Shown: positions 1 to 13,611, counted from the stretch's first letter. The stretch is 64,000 nt of DNA from Mobula hypostoma (GCF_963921235.1 NC_086124.1:22940001-23004000); one strand, 5' to 3'. The notes: a model not told the origin generated them from the sequence alone. Program-made: numbers and translations.

Positions 1-332
1 CTCTCTCCCTCCTTTTTTAAAAAGTGGGGTTACATTAGCCACCCTCCAATCCTCAGGAACTAGTCCAGAATCTAACGAGTTTTGAAAAATCACTAATGCA
101 TCCACTATTTCTTGGGCCACTTCCTTAAGCACTCTGGGATGTAGACCATCTGGCCCTGGGGATTTATCTGCCTTCAATCCCTTCAATTTACCTAACACCA
201 CTTCCCTACTAACATGTATTTCGCTCATCCCTTGTCCCGCCAGATTTACAAACTTGCTCTCTGCTCCACGTTGACAAATACAGTCCCGTGCAAAAGTTTT
301 ACACAGCCTAGCTACATAGGTATCCCCAAGAC

Positions 333-3300
333 TTGGAACATAGAAATCTACAGTATATTACAGACCATTTGGCCCACAATGTAACCTATCAGAAGAGGCT
401 CTCAAAAGACCCTATTGTATCCGCTTCCACCACCGCTGCTGGCAGTGCATTCCACACACCCATGACTCTGTGTGAAAAACTTACCTCTGACATCCCTTCG
501 GTACCCATTTCGAAACACCTTAAAACTATGCCCCCTCGTGTTAGCCGTTTCAGCCCGGGGAAAAGCCTCTGACTATCCACATAATCAATGTCCCTGATCT
601 CACACACCTCTATCAGGTCACCTCTCACCCTCTGTCACTCCAAGGAGAAAAGGCCGAGTTCACTCAACCTATTCTCATAAGTTACGCCCTCCAATCCAGG
701 CAACATCCTTGTAAATCTCCTCTGCACTTTTTTAAAATAGTATCCACATCCTTCCTGTAGTGAGGTGACCAGAACAGAACACAGTGCTCCAAGTGGGGTC
801 TGACCAGGATCTTATATAGCTGTAACATTACCTCTCTGCTCTTGAACTCAGTTGCATGGTTGATGAATGTCAACACTCCATATGCCGTCTTAAAAACACT
901 GTCAACCTGTGTAGCAGCTCTGAGTGTCCAATGGACACGAACCCCAAGATCTCGCCGATCCTCCACACTGCCAAGAGTCTTACCATTAATAGTATATCCC
1001 GTCTTCATATTTGACCTACCAAAATGAACCACTTCACACTTATCTGGGTTGAAGTCCATCTGCCACTTCTCAGCCCAGTTCTGCATCCTATCGATATCCT
1101 GCTATAACCTCTGACAACCCTCCACACTATCCACAACACCCCCAACCTTTGTGTCATCAGCAAATTTACTAACTCACACTTCTACTTCCTCATCCAGGTC
1201 ATTTATAAAAATCACAACGAGGAGGGGTCCCAGAACAGATCCTTGTGGAACACCACTGGTTACCGACCTCCATGAAGAATACGAAAAATCTACTACCACC
1301 CTTTGCCTTCTGTGGGCAAGCCAATTCTTGACCCACAAGGCAAGGTCTTTTTGAATCTTATCAATTGTCTTACTGAAATCCATATACACTACATCCACTG
1401 CTCTACCTTCATCAATGTGTTCTGTTACATCCTCTATGAACTCAATCAGGCTCATAAGGCACGATCTGCCCTTGACAAAGCCATGCTGACTATCCCTAAT
1501 CAGATTACGTCTCTCAAAATACTCACAAATCCTGCCTCTCAGGATCTTCAACAACAACTTGACCACCACTGAAGTCAGAATCACTGGTCTATACTTTCCT
1601 GGGCTATCTCGACTCCCTTTCTTGAACAAGGGAACAACATTTGCAACCCTCCAATCCTCTGGCACTTCTCCCCTCCCTATTGACGACACAAAAGATAATC
1701 CCAAAAGGCTCAGTGATCTCCTCCCTCGCTTCCCACAGTAGCCTCATCTGCTCCTGTTGACTTATCTAACTTAATGCTTTTCAAAAGCTCCAGCACATCC
1801 TCTTCCTTAATGTCTGTATGCTCGGGTGTTTCAGTCTGCTGTAAGTCACAGTTGTCAAGGTCTTTTCCCCTTGTGAACACTGAAGCGAAGTATTCATTAA
1901 GTACCTCCGCTACCTCCTCCGACTCCATGCACGTTTCCACTCTCACTCCTGACTGGTCTTATTCTCACCCCTCTCATCCTCTTGCTCTTCACATACTTGT
2001 AGAATGCCTTGGGGTTTTCCTTAATCCTGCCCACCAAGGCCTTCTCATGGCCCCATTCAAGCTCCTTCCTAGCAACTTTGGAATTTTCTAGAACTCTGAC
2101 AGTGCCTAGTTTCTTGAACCTTTTGTAAACTTTTTTTTTCTTAACTAGATTTTCTACATCCTTTGTACACCATGGTTCTTTAACCCTACCATCCTTTCCC
2201 TGCCTCAATGGAACATACCTACGCAGAACTCCGTGCAAATGTTCCCTTAATATTTGCCACATTTCTGCTGTGCATTTCCGAGGACATCAGCTCCCAGGTT
2301 CCGGCCTAAAGGCTGATTTATAGTTGTGCGTCATATCAACACCGTAGGTACGGCGTAGCCGCGAACCCTACGCAGAGCCTACGCCGACCCCTACACCATA
2401 GCCTGACGCGCACCGCTCCCAAAATGTAACTACGCGTCGTGGCAACGCAGACTGCAACAACTGTGATTGGTCCGCTTGGTAGCGTCACAGATCCTCCTAC
2501 GCTGCAACAGCTTCCCATTGGGCGACTGAAGGGCAGGGAAGGAACTCTGGCTGCAATGCTTTCCATAAAGCTTTACAGACCCCCGAAATTATGGAGGACA
2601 CATTTCGCTTTTACGAAAAAAGACGCTCACTTTAAACTTGTTTACCTCGAGAAAGACTACCATGACCATGAAGCCTTGCACGGGCAGGTGTGTGCGTGCG
2701 TGAATTGCAGAGTGACGCAGACGCACCAACACACAAGTATAAATGCTCACAACGGCATAGCGCACTTGCGTAGACTACGGCGTAAGCTGGTACGCACAAG
2801 TATTAATCAGCCTTTATAGTATCATATTTCCCCCTACCCCAATTAAATGTTTTCCTAAATTGTCTGCTCCTATCCCTCTCCAGTGCTATGGTGAAGGAGA
2901 TAAGAGTTGTGGTCACTACCTCCAAAATGCTCTCCCACCGAGAGATCTGACACCTGACCAGGTTCATTTTCCAAAACCAGATCAAGTACAGCCTCTCCTC
3001 TAGTTGGCTTATCTACATATTGCGTCAGGAAACCTTCCTGAACACAGCTAACAAACTCCACCCCATCTAAACCTCTTTTGCTAAGGAGATGTCCATCAAT
3101 ATTGGGAAAGTTAAAATCTCCCATAACAACAACCCTAATGTTATTGTACTGTTCCACAATCTGCCTCCCTATCTACTCCTCGATATCCCTGTTACAACAG
3201 GGGGCGGGGGTTAGTCTATATATAAAAAAAAGCACCCAGTAGTTCCACCCCCTGCAAATCTAGTTTAAACTCTCTCTAATAGCATTAGGAAACCTCTCCA

Positions 3301-4340
3301 CCAGGACACTGGTCCCACTTGGATTCAAGTGTAACCCGTCCTTTTTGTACAGGTCACACCTACCCCGGAAGAGGTCCCAATGATCCAAAAAATCTGAATC
3401 CCTGTCCCCTGCTCCAATCCTTCAGCCACGCATTTCTCCTCCACCTCATTCTATTCCGATACTCACTGTCACGTGGCACAGGCAGTAATCCCGAGATTAC
3501 TACCTTTGAGGTCCTGTTTCTCAGTTTCCTTCCCAACACCCTGTACTCTGCTTTCAGGAAGGGCCTCCACCATTTTTCTATCCATGTCGTAGGTACCAAT
3601 ATGTACTACGATCTCCAGCTGCTCGCCCTCCCATTTCAGGATATCGTGGATGCCTTCAGAAACATCACGAACCCTGGAACGTGGGAAGCAAACTACCATC
3701 CTTGTTTCTTTTTCGTGCCTATCTGTCCCCCTAACTAGAGTTCCCTGCCATCCTCTTCCATTTCCTACCCTTCTGAGCCCAGACTCAGTGCCAGAGGCAC
3801 GGCCTCTGCTGCTTCCAACAGGTAGGTTCCCACCACTCGCCCCCAAAACAGTACTCAAAATGGAGTACTTACTGTAAAGGGGGCAGCCACAGGGGTGCTT
3901 GCCACCACCTGACGCCCGCCCTCCCCTCTGCTGATGGGTCACCCACTTTCTGTCTCCTGTGGCCCCGGGGTGATTACCTGCCGGTAGCTCCTGTCTATCA
4001 CCTGCTCACTCTCCCCAACAAGCCGAACGTCTCTAAGGAGCTGTAGCTCAATGCACCTGGCGCAGATGCGGCCATCAAGGAGACTGGAGGTCTCCCGGAC
4101 ATCCCACATCTGACACCCAGCACAGAAAACTGGCATCGCAGTCGTACTCACTATTCTAATGCGCTGATACCCGCAACACGCTCCTTTTAAAAACTTTTCT
4201 CCCAGACCTGTGCAAAGCTCACTCTCTACGAATCGATTGGTCTGCCGCTAATGCACTGGACCCCGCAAAACGCTCCTTTATAAAACTTTTCTCCCCGACC
4301 TGTACAAAGCTCACTCTCTCTTTGAATCGACTGTTTCACC
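333..4340 (-). mobile_element. Near full-length decayed CR1-clade LINE (ORF1 Cys-rich + SGNH esterase; ORF2 APE-RT) in IMP4 intron 5
   Basis: Minus-strand fragments: CAGCQMW..ICARC (3939-4151); esterase-like IVVHIGT/VVISGLLPVP (3360-3760); APE VMGDFNFPNID..LDLVL..SDH (2870-3157); [44 protein letters not shown] (1174-1704); C-terminal LVRPHLEHC (682-1086). Many frameshifts. A ~92-bp duplicated unit lies in the 5' UTR (~4171-4330). Ends approximate. Confidence 0.9.
2310..2813. mobile_element. Non-autonomous DNA transposon (MITE), PIF/Harbinger-like, nested in the CR1
   Basis: Terminal inverted repeats AGGCTGATTTATAGTTGTGCGT and ACGCACAAGTATTAATCAGCCT (20/22 match), flanked by TAA (2307-2309) and TTA (2814-2816). 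CR1 sequence resumes on both sides. No transposase inside. Confidence 0.75.
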
Positions 4341-5379
4341 ACTTCTGCACAGGAAGGCAATGGAAGAACATCCTTGCTTGGACTGTGTTCGTCATTGACG
4401 CAAACGGCGTATTTCACTGTATGTATCGATGTGCATTGGACAAATAAAGCTAATCTTTACCTTTCTGCCATTCTCCACCCACATTTGCAACTAAATTTTT
4501 AACGCTGTAATTGTAGTCACCTCCACCCTTCCTCTGTCAGCTCATTCCTCACACCCAACACTCTGCGTGAAGCTTAAATCTCTCCCGTCACTCTAAACCT
4601 GCAGCTTCTCGCTTCGTATTTCCTTCAGGTTATGTTGCAACCTGGCCGGCCGCAGCCCAGTCCAGAGAGTGAGGCCGATTCCAATGCTCGCCCTTATCTA
4701 GGAAAGGATGGGCTGACATTGAAGAGCGCTGAGAGGAGGCTCAAAGAACGATTCTGGGGAACAAAGGAGCATTTGATAGCCTGGGTCTGTACTCACTGGA
4801 ATTCAGAAGAATGAAGGGGAATCTCATTGCAACCTATTGAACGTCCAAAGGCCTCTACAGAGTAGATGTGGAGAGGATATTTCCGATGGTGAGGGAGTCA
4901 AGACCAGAGGACACAGCCACAGAACAGAGGGCCGTCCATTTAGAATGGAGATGAGGAAGAATTTCTTCAGCCGGAGAGAGATGAATCTGTGGCCACAGGA
5001 GGCTGTGGAGGCCAAGTCATTGAGTATATTTAAGGCAGAGGCTGATAGATTTTTGATTAGTCAGAGCATGAAAGGGTAGGGAGAATAGGAGATTGGGGCT
5101 GAGAGGAAAAATAGATCAGCCCTGAAGAAATGGTGGAGCAGACTCCAAGGACCAAATGGTCTAATTCTGTTCCTATATCCTCTAATAGTCTTTGCCATCT
5201 GTGACCACTTCTCCATCAGTGAACCTGGGATATGACACTGCCAGATGTCCGTCTGCTCTGCCCCTCCTACAGAACACAGCTTCCACCGCACCCCACGTAA
5301 CCTGTCACCTAAACTGGGACACTCTGGCGCCTTCTGCGCTCCCCCAGAACCACCCCCTCCACCACATCCGTGATCTGAC

Positions 5380-5512
5380 CTGGGACGCCGCGGTGCTCAT
5401 GCACGACAATCAGGTCGGTCACCGCGTTGGCCTTGCACGCCGTCACCAGGGCCTCGATGTCGTGCTTCCCTCGGTTCATCCGCTGGCTGCCGGGGAAGAT
5501 CAGCTTCAGCTC
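5380..5512 (-). CDS. IMP4: IMP4 exon 5 (U3 snoRNP protein IMP4, Brix domain)
   Basis: tttcag|GAG CTG...GTC CCA G|gtcaga; ELKLIFPGSQRMNRGKHDIEALVTACKANAVTDLIVVHEHRGVP; 133 nt, phase 0->1. Later exons were not found in 1-5379 and presumably lie left of the window. Confidence 0.95.
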
Positions 5513-5637
5513 CTGAAACAAACGTACATGGGGGTGAGAAGTTCAGGGATCAAAGCTGGGGAGAATAAAATATAATCACCTCCGGGAAACTGTGGGGCTT
5601 CTCCCCAAGCTGGAGAGAGGGCAGAGGAGATTTAAGA

Positions 5638-6120
5638 TCTCAGTGGCCACTATATCAGCTACCTCCTGTACTGAACAAATTGGCCACTGAGAGTATGTTT
5701 GTGGTTTTCTGCTGCTGTGACCCATCCACTTCAATGTTTGACGTGTTGTGTGCTCGGAGATGCTCTTCTGCACACCACTGTTGTAACACGTGGTTATTCG
5801 AGTCAGTGTTGCCTTCCAGTCAGCTTGAACCAGTCTGGCCATTCTCTTCTGACAAGGTGTTTTCACCCACAGAACTGCCGCTGATTTAAAAAAAATATTT
5901 CTGGCACTTTTCACTGTAAACTCAACAGACTGTTGTGTGTGAAAATCCCAGGAGATCAGCAGTTTCTGAGATACACAAACTACTCCATGTGGCACCAACA
6001 ATCATTCCACAGTCAAAGTCACTTAGATCACATTCCTTCCCCCATTCGGAACAACAAACTGAACCTCTTCACCAAGTTTTTTAAGTGTTGAGTTACTGCC
6101 ACTTGGCTAACTGATCAGAC
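5638..6120 (-). mobile_element. Tc1-derived non-autonomous element (decayed transposase N-terminus)
   Basis: End motif ctcagtggccact; minus translation MARLVQADWKATLTRITTCYNSGVQKSISEHTTRQTLKWMG resembles the Tc1 HTH region; same family recurs at ~31165, ~33030 and ~48185. Confidence 0.7.
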
Positions 6121-6395
6121 ATAGGATGGATGTAGTGTAATGGTTAGCACAATGCTTTACAGTACCAGCGAACTGGATTCAAATCTCACCACTGGGAAGG
6201 AGTTCTCCCCATGACTGCGTGGGTTTCCTCCGGGTGCTCCCGTTTCCTCCCACAGTCCAAAGATATAATGGTTGGTAAGTTAAGGGTTGTAATTAGCCCT
6301 GTGATTAAACTTGGATTAAATCAGAGGATTGCCGGGTAGTGCAACTCGAATGGACGGAAGGGCTTATTCTGCGTTGTATCTCAATAAACAAATAC
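6120..6395 (+). mobile_element. tRNA-derived V-SINE-like element
   Basis: A/B-box-like head, V-domain ttctccccatgactgcgtgggtttcctccgggtgctcc and A-rich tail. Other approximate copies: 6475-6690(-), 21462-21712(+), 34480-34755(-), 38008-38150(+), 42385-42640(-), 43040-43235(+), 51930-52210(+). Confidence 0.65.
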
Positions 6396-6907
6396 TCGCA
6401 TTAATGAGCAGGTGTATAGGTCGACACAATGTGTACATCAGTGACAATGAACAAAATCCATTTTATTTTTCACTTAATTCATACCCTTCCAGCCACTCTG
6501 CCCAGCAACCCTCCGATTTAACCCTAGCCTAATCATAGGACAATTTACAATGACCAATTAACCTACCAACCTTTCGACTGTGGGAGGAAACCAGAGCACG
6601 CAGAGGAAACCCACGTGGCCATGGGGAGAACGTACGAACTCCTTACAGGCAGTGGTGGGAATTGAACCCGGGTCGCTGGAAGATCCTGAACACACCACGG
6701 ATTCTATCATTTCACACCAGGGGCAATTTGGCCATTTACAGGGGCCGATTAACTACCGACCCCACCGGTCGTTAGGATGCTGGGAGAGAAACCCACACAG
6801 AGACAGACAGTGGCCGGGGTCGCAGTTGAACCCGGGTCTCTGGCACCGTGAGGTTTACCCACTGCGCCACTGCACAACAGCGATCTGACATCAGCGCTCT
6901 CTCTCAC

Positions 6908-7017
6908 CTTGGCAAACTGCTTGAGCTTGGCACTGGGGTCCCGGGAGGTGGTGATCATGACTTTCGGGTCCTCCACTCCGGCCCACCTGTACTCGTCGTC
7001 CACCTGACTGCTTACTC
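6908..7017 (-). CDS. IMP4: IMP4 exon 4
   Basis: ttgcag|GA GTA...GCC AAG|gtgaga; (G)VSSQVDDEYRWAGVEDPKVMITTSRDPSAKLKQFAK; 110 nt, phase 1->0. Confidence 0.95.
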
Positions 7018-8374
7018 CTGCAAAGGGACGGAGGTCGGTGATGGAGAGCTGGCCTGGCCTCTAGAGACGCACGGACACCACTTCCAGTCCAGTAATTGGT
7101 GACCCCCCCCCCACTATTCCCCATTTCCCTCTCTCATCTCATCTCCCATCACCTCCCTCTGGTGCTCCTCCCCCCTCTCCAGCCCTTTATCTCTTTCACC
7201 AATCGACTTCTCAACTCTTTACTTCAGCCTGCTGCCCCTCCCGGTTTCACCTGTCACCTTGTACATCTTTATCCCCTACTCCCACCTTCTTACTCTGGCC
7301 TCAACTCTTTCCCAGTCCCGATGAAGGTGGTCGGCCCGAAACATCGACTATTTACTCTTTTCCATTGATGCCGCCCAGCCGGCTGTGTTTCTCCAGCACT
7401 TTATGAGTTACAGTCCACCAGCTATACAAAGGATGTCATTACACTGGCCCGGGGGGGGGGGGGGAGGAAGATTCACCAGGATCTTCTGGGGACCGGAGGG
7501 CTCGATATCTTGATATATGAGGAGAGGCTGGACAGACTGGGACTGTTTTCCCTAGAGTGAAGGTGGTTGAGGGGTGACCTTGTAGAGGTTTATAAAGCCA
7601 TGAGGGTCGTAGATAAAGTGGATAGTGACAGTCTTTTCCCGCAGGGTAGGAGCATCTAAAACGAGAGGGCACAGGTTTGAGCGGAGGGGTTCGCTAGGAA
7701 CCTGGGGGGCAGGTACTTCCACACAGAGGGTGGTGGGTTTATGGAGCTGCCAGAGGAAGTGGTTGAGACAGGACACTCACAATGATAAACAGACAGGAAA
7801 TGCTGAGGCTTTATAAGCCATTGGTCAGACTGCACGTGAACAGCTTCAGGCCTCTCATCTAAGAGAGGATGTGCGGGCATTGGAGAAAGTCCAGAGGAGA
7901 ATGATCCCAGGAATAAAAGGTTAACATACGTGGAATGTTTGATGGCTCAGGGCCTGTAATCGCTGGAGTTTACAAGAACTGGGGAAGCTCACTGAAACCT
8001 ATTGAATATTGAAAGGACGAGATACAGTGATTGCATAGAGGAAGTTTCCTATATCGGGGGAGTCTAGGTCCACAGGGCATAGGCTTTGAATAGAAAGATA
8101 TTTCTTTAGAACGGGGACGAGGAATCTCTTTAGTAAGAGGGTGGTGAATCTGTGAAATTATTTGATACAGATGGCCGTGGAGGCCAAGTGGTCAAAGGTA
8201 GGATGTGCAAACTCTACACCAAGTATTCAGTGCCAGAGATGTTGAAGTTGTCCAAGACGTTGGTGAGGCCAAACTTGGAGTATTGTGTCCAGTTTTGGTT
8301 ACCTACCTACAGGAAAGATGTAAGTCAGGTTGAAAGAGTACAGAGAAAACTTACAAGGATGTTGCCGGGTCACC

Positions 8375-11300
8375 CATTGGAGACTCTATAGTCAGGGGAG
8401 CAGACAGGAGATTTTGCGGATGTGAAAAGGACACCCGCATGGTTTGTTGCCTCCCAGGTGCCAGGGTCCAGGATGTCTCTGACCGGGTGCACGACATCCT
8501 GGTACGAGAGGGAAAGCAACCAGAAGTCGTGGTACATGTTGGGATCGACGACATAGGCAGGAAGAGGGATGAGGTCCTGAAGTGTGAGTTTCGGGAATTA
8601 GGCAGAAGGCTGAAGAACAGGACCTCAAGGGTGGCGTTCTTGGGATTGCTGCCAGTGCTACGTGACAGAGATGGTAAGAATTGGAGGAGATGGCAGTTGA
8701 ATGCATGGCTGAGGAGTTGGTACAGGGAGCAGGGTTTTAGATTTTTAGATCATTGGGATCTCTTCTGGGGAAGGTGGGACCTGTACGGATTGGATAGGTT
8801 GCACCTGAACTCGAGGGGGAGCAATATCCTTGCAGGTAGGTTTGCGAGCATGGTTCGGGAGGGTTTAAACTAATTTGCGAGGGGGATGGGACCCAGAGCG
8901 ATAGAGCATTGAAAGAAGTGCATGGAGTAAAGCCAGATCTAACATACAGAGAGGCTTTGAGGAAAGAGAAGCAGGATAAACAGTGTAAAGACAGTAAGGT
9001 AGAAGGGCTGAAATGTGTGTACCTCAATGCAAGAAGCATCAGGAACAAAGGTGGTGAACTGAGAGCTTGGATACATACATGGAATTATGATGTAGTGGCC
9101 ATTACAGAGACTTGGCTGGCACCAGGGCAGGAATGGATTCCCAGTATTCCTGGATTTCAGTGCTTTAAAAGGGATAGAGAGGGCGGAAAAAGGGGAGAGG
9201 GGGTGGCATTACTGGTCAGGGGTACTATTACAGCTACAGAAAGGGTGGGTAATGTAGCAGGATCCTCTTTTGAGTCAGTATGGGTGGAAGTCAGGAACAG
9301 GAGGGAGCAGTTACTCTACTGGGGGAATTCTATAGGCCCCCTGGTAGCAGCAGAGATACAGATTGGGAGGCAGATTTTGGAAAGGTGCAAAAATAACAGG
9401 GTTGTTATCATGGGTGACTTTAACTTCCCTAATATTGATTGGCACCTGATTAATTCCAAGGGTTTAGATGGGGCAGAATTTGTTAAGTGTGTCCAGGATG
9501 GATTCCTGTCACAGTTTGTGGACAGGCTGACCAGGGTGAATGCCATACTAGATCTAGTACTAGGTAATGAACCGACTCAGGTCACAGATCTCTCAGTGGG
9601 TGAGCATCTGGGGGACAGTGACCACCACTCCCTGGCCTTTAGCATTATCATGGAAAAGGATAGAATCAAAGAGGACAGGAAAATTTTTAATTGGGGAAAG
9701 GCAAATTATGAGGCTATAAGGCTAGAACGTGCGGGTGTGAATTGGGATGATGTTTTTGCAGGGAAATGTACTATGGACATGTGGTTGATGTTTAGAGATC
9801 TCTTGCAGGATGTAAGGGATAAATTTGTCCCGGTGAGGAAGATAAAGAATGGTAGGGTGAAGGAACCATGGGTGACAAGTGAGGTGGAAAATCTAGTCAG
9901 GTGGAAGAAGGCAGCATACATGAGGTTTAGGAAGCAAGGATCAGATGGGTCTATTGAGGAATATAGGGAAACAAGAAAGGAGCTTAAGAAGGGGCTGAGG
10001 ATCTTTATGTCCTCATTGTCCATGGGAATGGTACCGGAGGATTGGAGGGAGGCGAATGTTGTTCCCTTGTTCAAAAAAGGTAGTAGGGATAGTCCGGGTA
10101 ATTATAGACCAGTGAGTCTTACGTCTGTGGTGGGAAAGCTGTTGGAAAAGATTCTTAGAGATAGGATCTATGGGCATTTAGAGAACCATGGTCTGATCAG
10201 GGACGGTCAGCATGGCTTTGTGAAGGGCAGATCATGTCTAACAAGCCTGATAGTGTTCTTTGAGGAGGTGACCAGGCATATAGATGAGGGTAGTGCAGTG
10301 GATGTGATCTATATGGATTTTAGTAAGGCATTTGACAAGGTTCCACACGGTAGGCTTATTCAGAAAGTTAGAAGGCATGGGATCCAGGGAAGTTTGGCCA
10401 GGTGGATTCAGAATTGGCTTGCCTGAAGAAGGCAGAGGGTGGTGGTGGAGGGAGTACATTCAGATTGGAGGATTGTAACTAGTGGTGTCCCACAAGGATC
10501 TGTTCTGGGACCTCTACTTTTCATGATTCTTATTAACGACCTGGATGTGGGGGTAGAAGGGTGGGTTGGCAAGTTTGCAGACGACACAAAGGTTGGTGGT
10601 GTTGTAGATAGTGTAGAGGATTGTCAAAGATTGCAGAGAGACATTGATAGGATGCAGAAGTGGGCTGAGAAGTGGCAGATGGAGTTCAACCCAGAGAAGT
10701 GTGAGGTGGTACACTTTGGAAGGACAAACTCCAAGGTAGAGTACAAAGTAAATGGCAGGATACTTGGTAGTGTGGGGGAGCAGCGGGATCTCAGGGTACA
10801 TGTCCACAGATCCCTGAAAGTTGCCTCACAGGTGGATAGGGTAGTCTTATGGGGTGTTAGCTTTCATAAGTCGAGGGATAGAGTTTAAGAGTCGCGATGT
10901 AATGATGCAGCTCTATAAAACTCTGGTTAGGCCACACTTGGAGTATTGTGTCCAGTTCTGGTCACCTCACTATAGGAAGGATGTGGAAGCACTGGAAAGG
11001 GTACAGAGGAGATTTACCAGGATGCTGCCTGGTTTAGAAAGTATGCATTATGATCAGAGATTAAGGGAGCTACGGCTTTACTCTTTGGAGAGAAGGAGGA
11101 TGAGAGGAGACATGATAGAGGTGTACAAGATAATAAGAGGAATAGATAGAGTGGATAGCCAGCGCCTCTTCCCCAGGGCACCACTGCTCAATACAAGAGG
11201 ACATGGCTTTAAGGTAAGGGGTGGGAAGTTCAAGGGGGATATTAGAGGAAGGTTTTTTACTCAGAGAGTGGTTGGTGCACGGAATGCACTGCCTGAGTCA

Positions 11301-11452
11301 GTGGTGGAGGCAGATACACTAGTGAAGTTTAAGAGACTACTAGACAGGTATACGATGGAATTTAAGGTGGGGGCTTATATGGGAGGCAGGGTTTGAGGGT
11401 CGGCATAACATTGTGGGCCGAAGAGCCTGTACTGTGCTGTACTATTCTATGT
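8375..11452 (+). mobile_element. Relatively young 5'-truncated CR1 LINE (ORF1 esterase part + internally deleted ORF2) in IMP4 intron 3
   Basis: ORF1 esterase 8439-8873 (VVVHVG..FLDHWDLFWGR..DRLHLN). ORF2 8909-10426, 10439-10888 and 10854-11396 carry APE (YLNARSI, ITETWL, GDFNFP, SDH) and RT (QGSVLGP, FADDTK) motifs. 3' tail actattctatgt. tcacc occurs on both sides (8370-8374, 11453-11457). Confidence 0.92.
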
Positions 11453-12132
11453 TCACCTGAGTAATATGGAAAGAGTGAATAGGCTAGGACTTTTATTCCT
11501 TTAGCTATAGAAGATTGAGGGGAGATTTGATAGAGGTATACAAAATTATGAGAAGTATAGATAGGGTAAATGCAGTCAGGCTCCTTCCACTGAGGCTGGG
11601 TAGGACTGCAACTAGGGGTCATGAGTTAAGGGTGAAAGGTGAAAGGTGAAAAGTTAAAGGGGAACACGAGGGGAAACTTCACTCGGAGGGCCGTGAGAGT
11701 GTAAGCGAGCTACCAACACAAGTGGTGAATGCGAGCTCGAATTCAACTTTAATATAGGCACAGGGATGGTCTGGGAGCAGGTCGATGGGAGTAGGCAGTT
11801 TAAATGTTTCAGCACAGATTAGAAGGGCCAAAGGGCCTGTTTCTGCATTGCGCTTTTCTGTGACTGTGACAAATAGTGCTGGGGTCGGGACTGAAGGCGG
11901 GTTTTGATGGAGCCGTGTGGCAGGGGGGCTACTTGATGGTGCTGACAAGTAAAGTTGTTTCACCGGCAGCATCACCTGCTCGAGCTGAAAGGAAGTACTG
12001 CCGCACAGTTGCTACCATTTCTCTCCTCCCCCCACATCAGACCGCGCAGTCTCTCTACCCCCGCTGCAGCAGCCCCTCCCCCACCAAATCCCACGCCTCA
12101 TCACCCCTAACGGGAAAGGAAGCCGCCCTCAC

Positions 12133-12216
12133 CCTCGCCTCCTTCGTCGTCGTACTCCAATGCCTTCTGCAGCTCCAACGCTTCCCGCCGCAGTTCAGTG
12201 GGGATCAGCTTGTTCT
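12133..12216 (-). CDS. IMP4: IMP4 exon 3
   Basis: ttgcag|AG AAC...GAG G|gtgagg; (E)NKLIPTELRREALELQKALEYDDEGGE; 84 nt, phase 1->1. Confidence 0.95.
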
Positions 12217-13611
12217 CTGCAACAGAGAGGAAGGGGAAAATGGAACATCGTCACCAGGAAAAGAAAGTTCAAGGTACATTTATTACCAAAATAAAAAATA
12301 TACCCTGTGGCCACCGCGAGAGGAAATGCAGTGCAGGCAGAACAAAGGGCCATGACAAAGTAGACTGAGATTTCATGTTTATCATACAGGATGTCCGCTC
12401 TGAAGTCTGGTAACAGTGGGATAGAAGCTGTCCTCGAGTCTGGTGCTTTGTATCTTCTGCCTGATGGGAGGTGGGAATAAGAGAAAAAATCTGAATTGGG
12501 AGGGGCCTTTGATTACGCTGGCTGCTTTACCAGGGCAGTGGTAGACTTAAAGGGGACCGGGGGTTAACTTCTTCACAAAGCGGATGGTGGGAACATTGAA
12601 CGAGTAAGAAAGCAGAGCAGGTGAGGACATGAATTACATTTAAAAGACACTTGGACAGCTACAGGGATAGGAAAAAGTTATAGAGCAGAGGTTCCCAAAC
12701 TGGGGCCCAACTCCGTTAACGGGAAGGCTCCACGGCACAGAAAGGGTTGGGGAACCCCTGGTTTAGAGGGGTATGGGCCAAATGCTGGCAAAAACCATAG
12801 TCCACATTTAAAGCAGAGGTTGGAAGGTCCTTCATTAGTTAGGGCGTTAAAGATTATGGGGAGAAGGGAGGAAAATGGAGTTGAGAGAGAAAACAGATCA
12901 GCCATGGCACAGCACACTCGATGGGCTGAATGGCCTAATTCTGCCCCTGGTGGCCACATGGTATGGCAGAGAAGGTCCCGGTTCTGAGCTGGATGACTGC
13001 ATAACGACCCCAATCGGAGCTCCAAAGTAGTTTAATAATAAATCCACGTCACCACACACTGCCCCGAGATTCGTTTTCTTGCAGGCATTCACAATAGAAC
13101 AAAGAAATACAATAGTATCATTGAAAATAAAAACAAAGTGATAAACAACCGACGTGAAAAAGACTAGAAACTGTGCAAATAATTATACCGCATCATGATC
13201 GACTGCGAGAATCTGGTGAATGTGCATGTGGATGATTGATTGCGTGGTGAACCAACTGGATCTCCTCCACGTGGCAGGCTCTCCCTTTTGGGTGTGGGCT
13301 TTCGAGTGTGCATGCTCTTCATCCTACTGGCCCCGATTTGGCACTCCCACACTGTAAGTTACGCAGCGTGTACAGTCACGAACATGAATCAGTAGAAGTA
13401 TGGAATCCTGTTACCCTGTCGTTGGTCCTGAGCTTCGGATACGTAACAGTAATAATCTTATGCGCGTCCTGTGACAGATGCTCGGCCACCAGACCCCGTG
13501 ATCTGCTGATGCTGTCTACCCAATTGAAGTCCATCAGCCCCACCTCCAGGCTGCTCAGTGAGCAGAGAGACCCCGTGAAGGCAGGAGCAGACCCACCAGG
13601 CAGAGACTCAC

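Noticed and set aside
8909-10426. 505-aa endonuclease/RT ORF as a domesticated host gene
   Set aside because: It sits within a CR1 with ORF1 remnant and 3' tail, is cut by a stop and a frameshift, and has a sister copy in the window.
13190-13500. Intronic snoRNA in IMP4 intron 2
   Set aside because: The host would be plausible, but I found no C/D box pair or H/ACA architecture on the sense strand by eye; an Infernal search would be needed.
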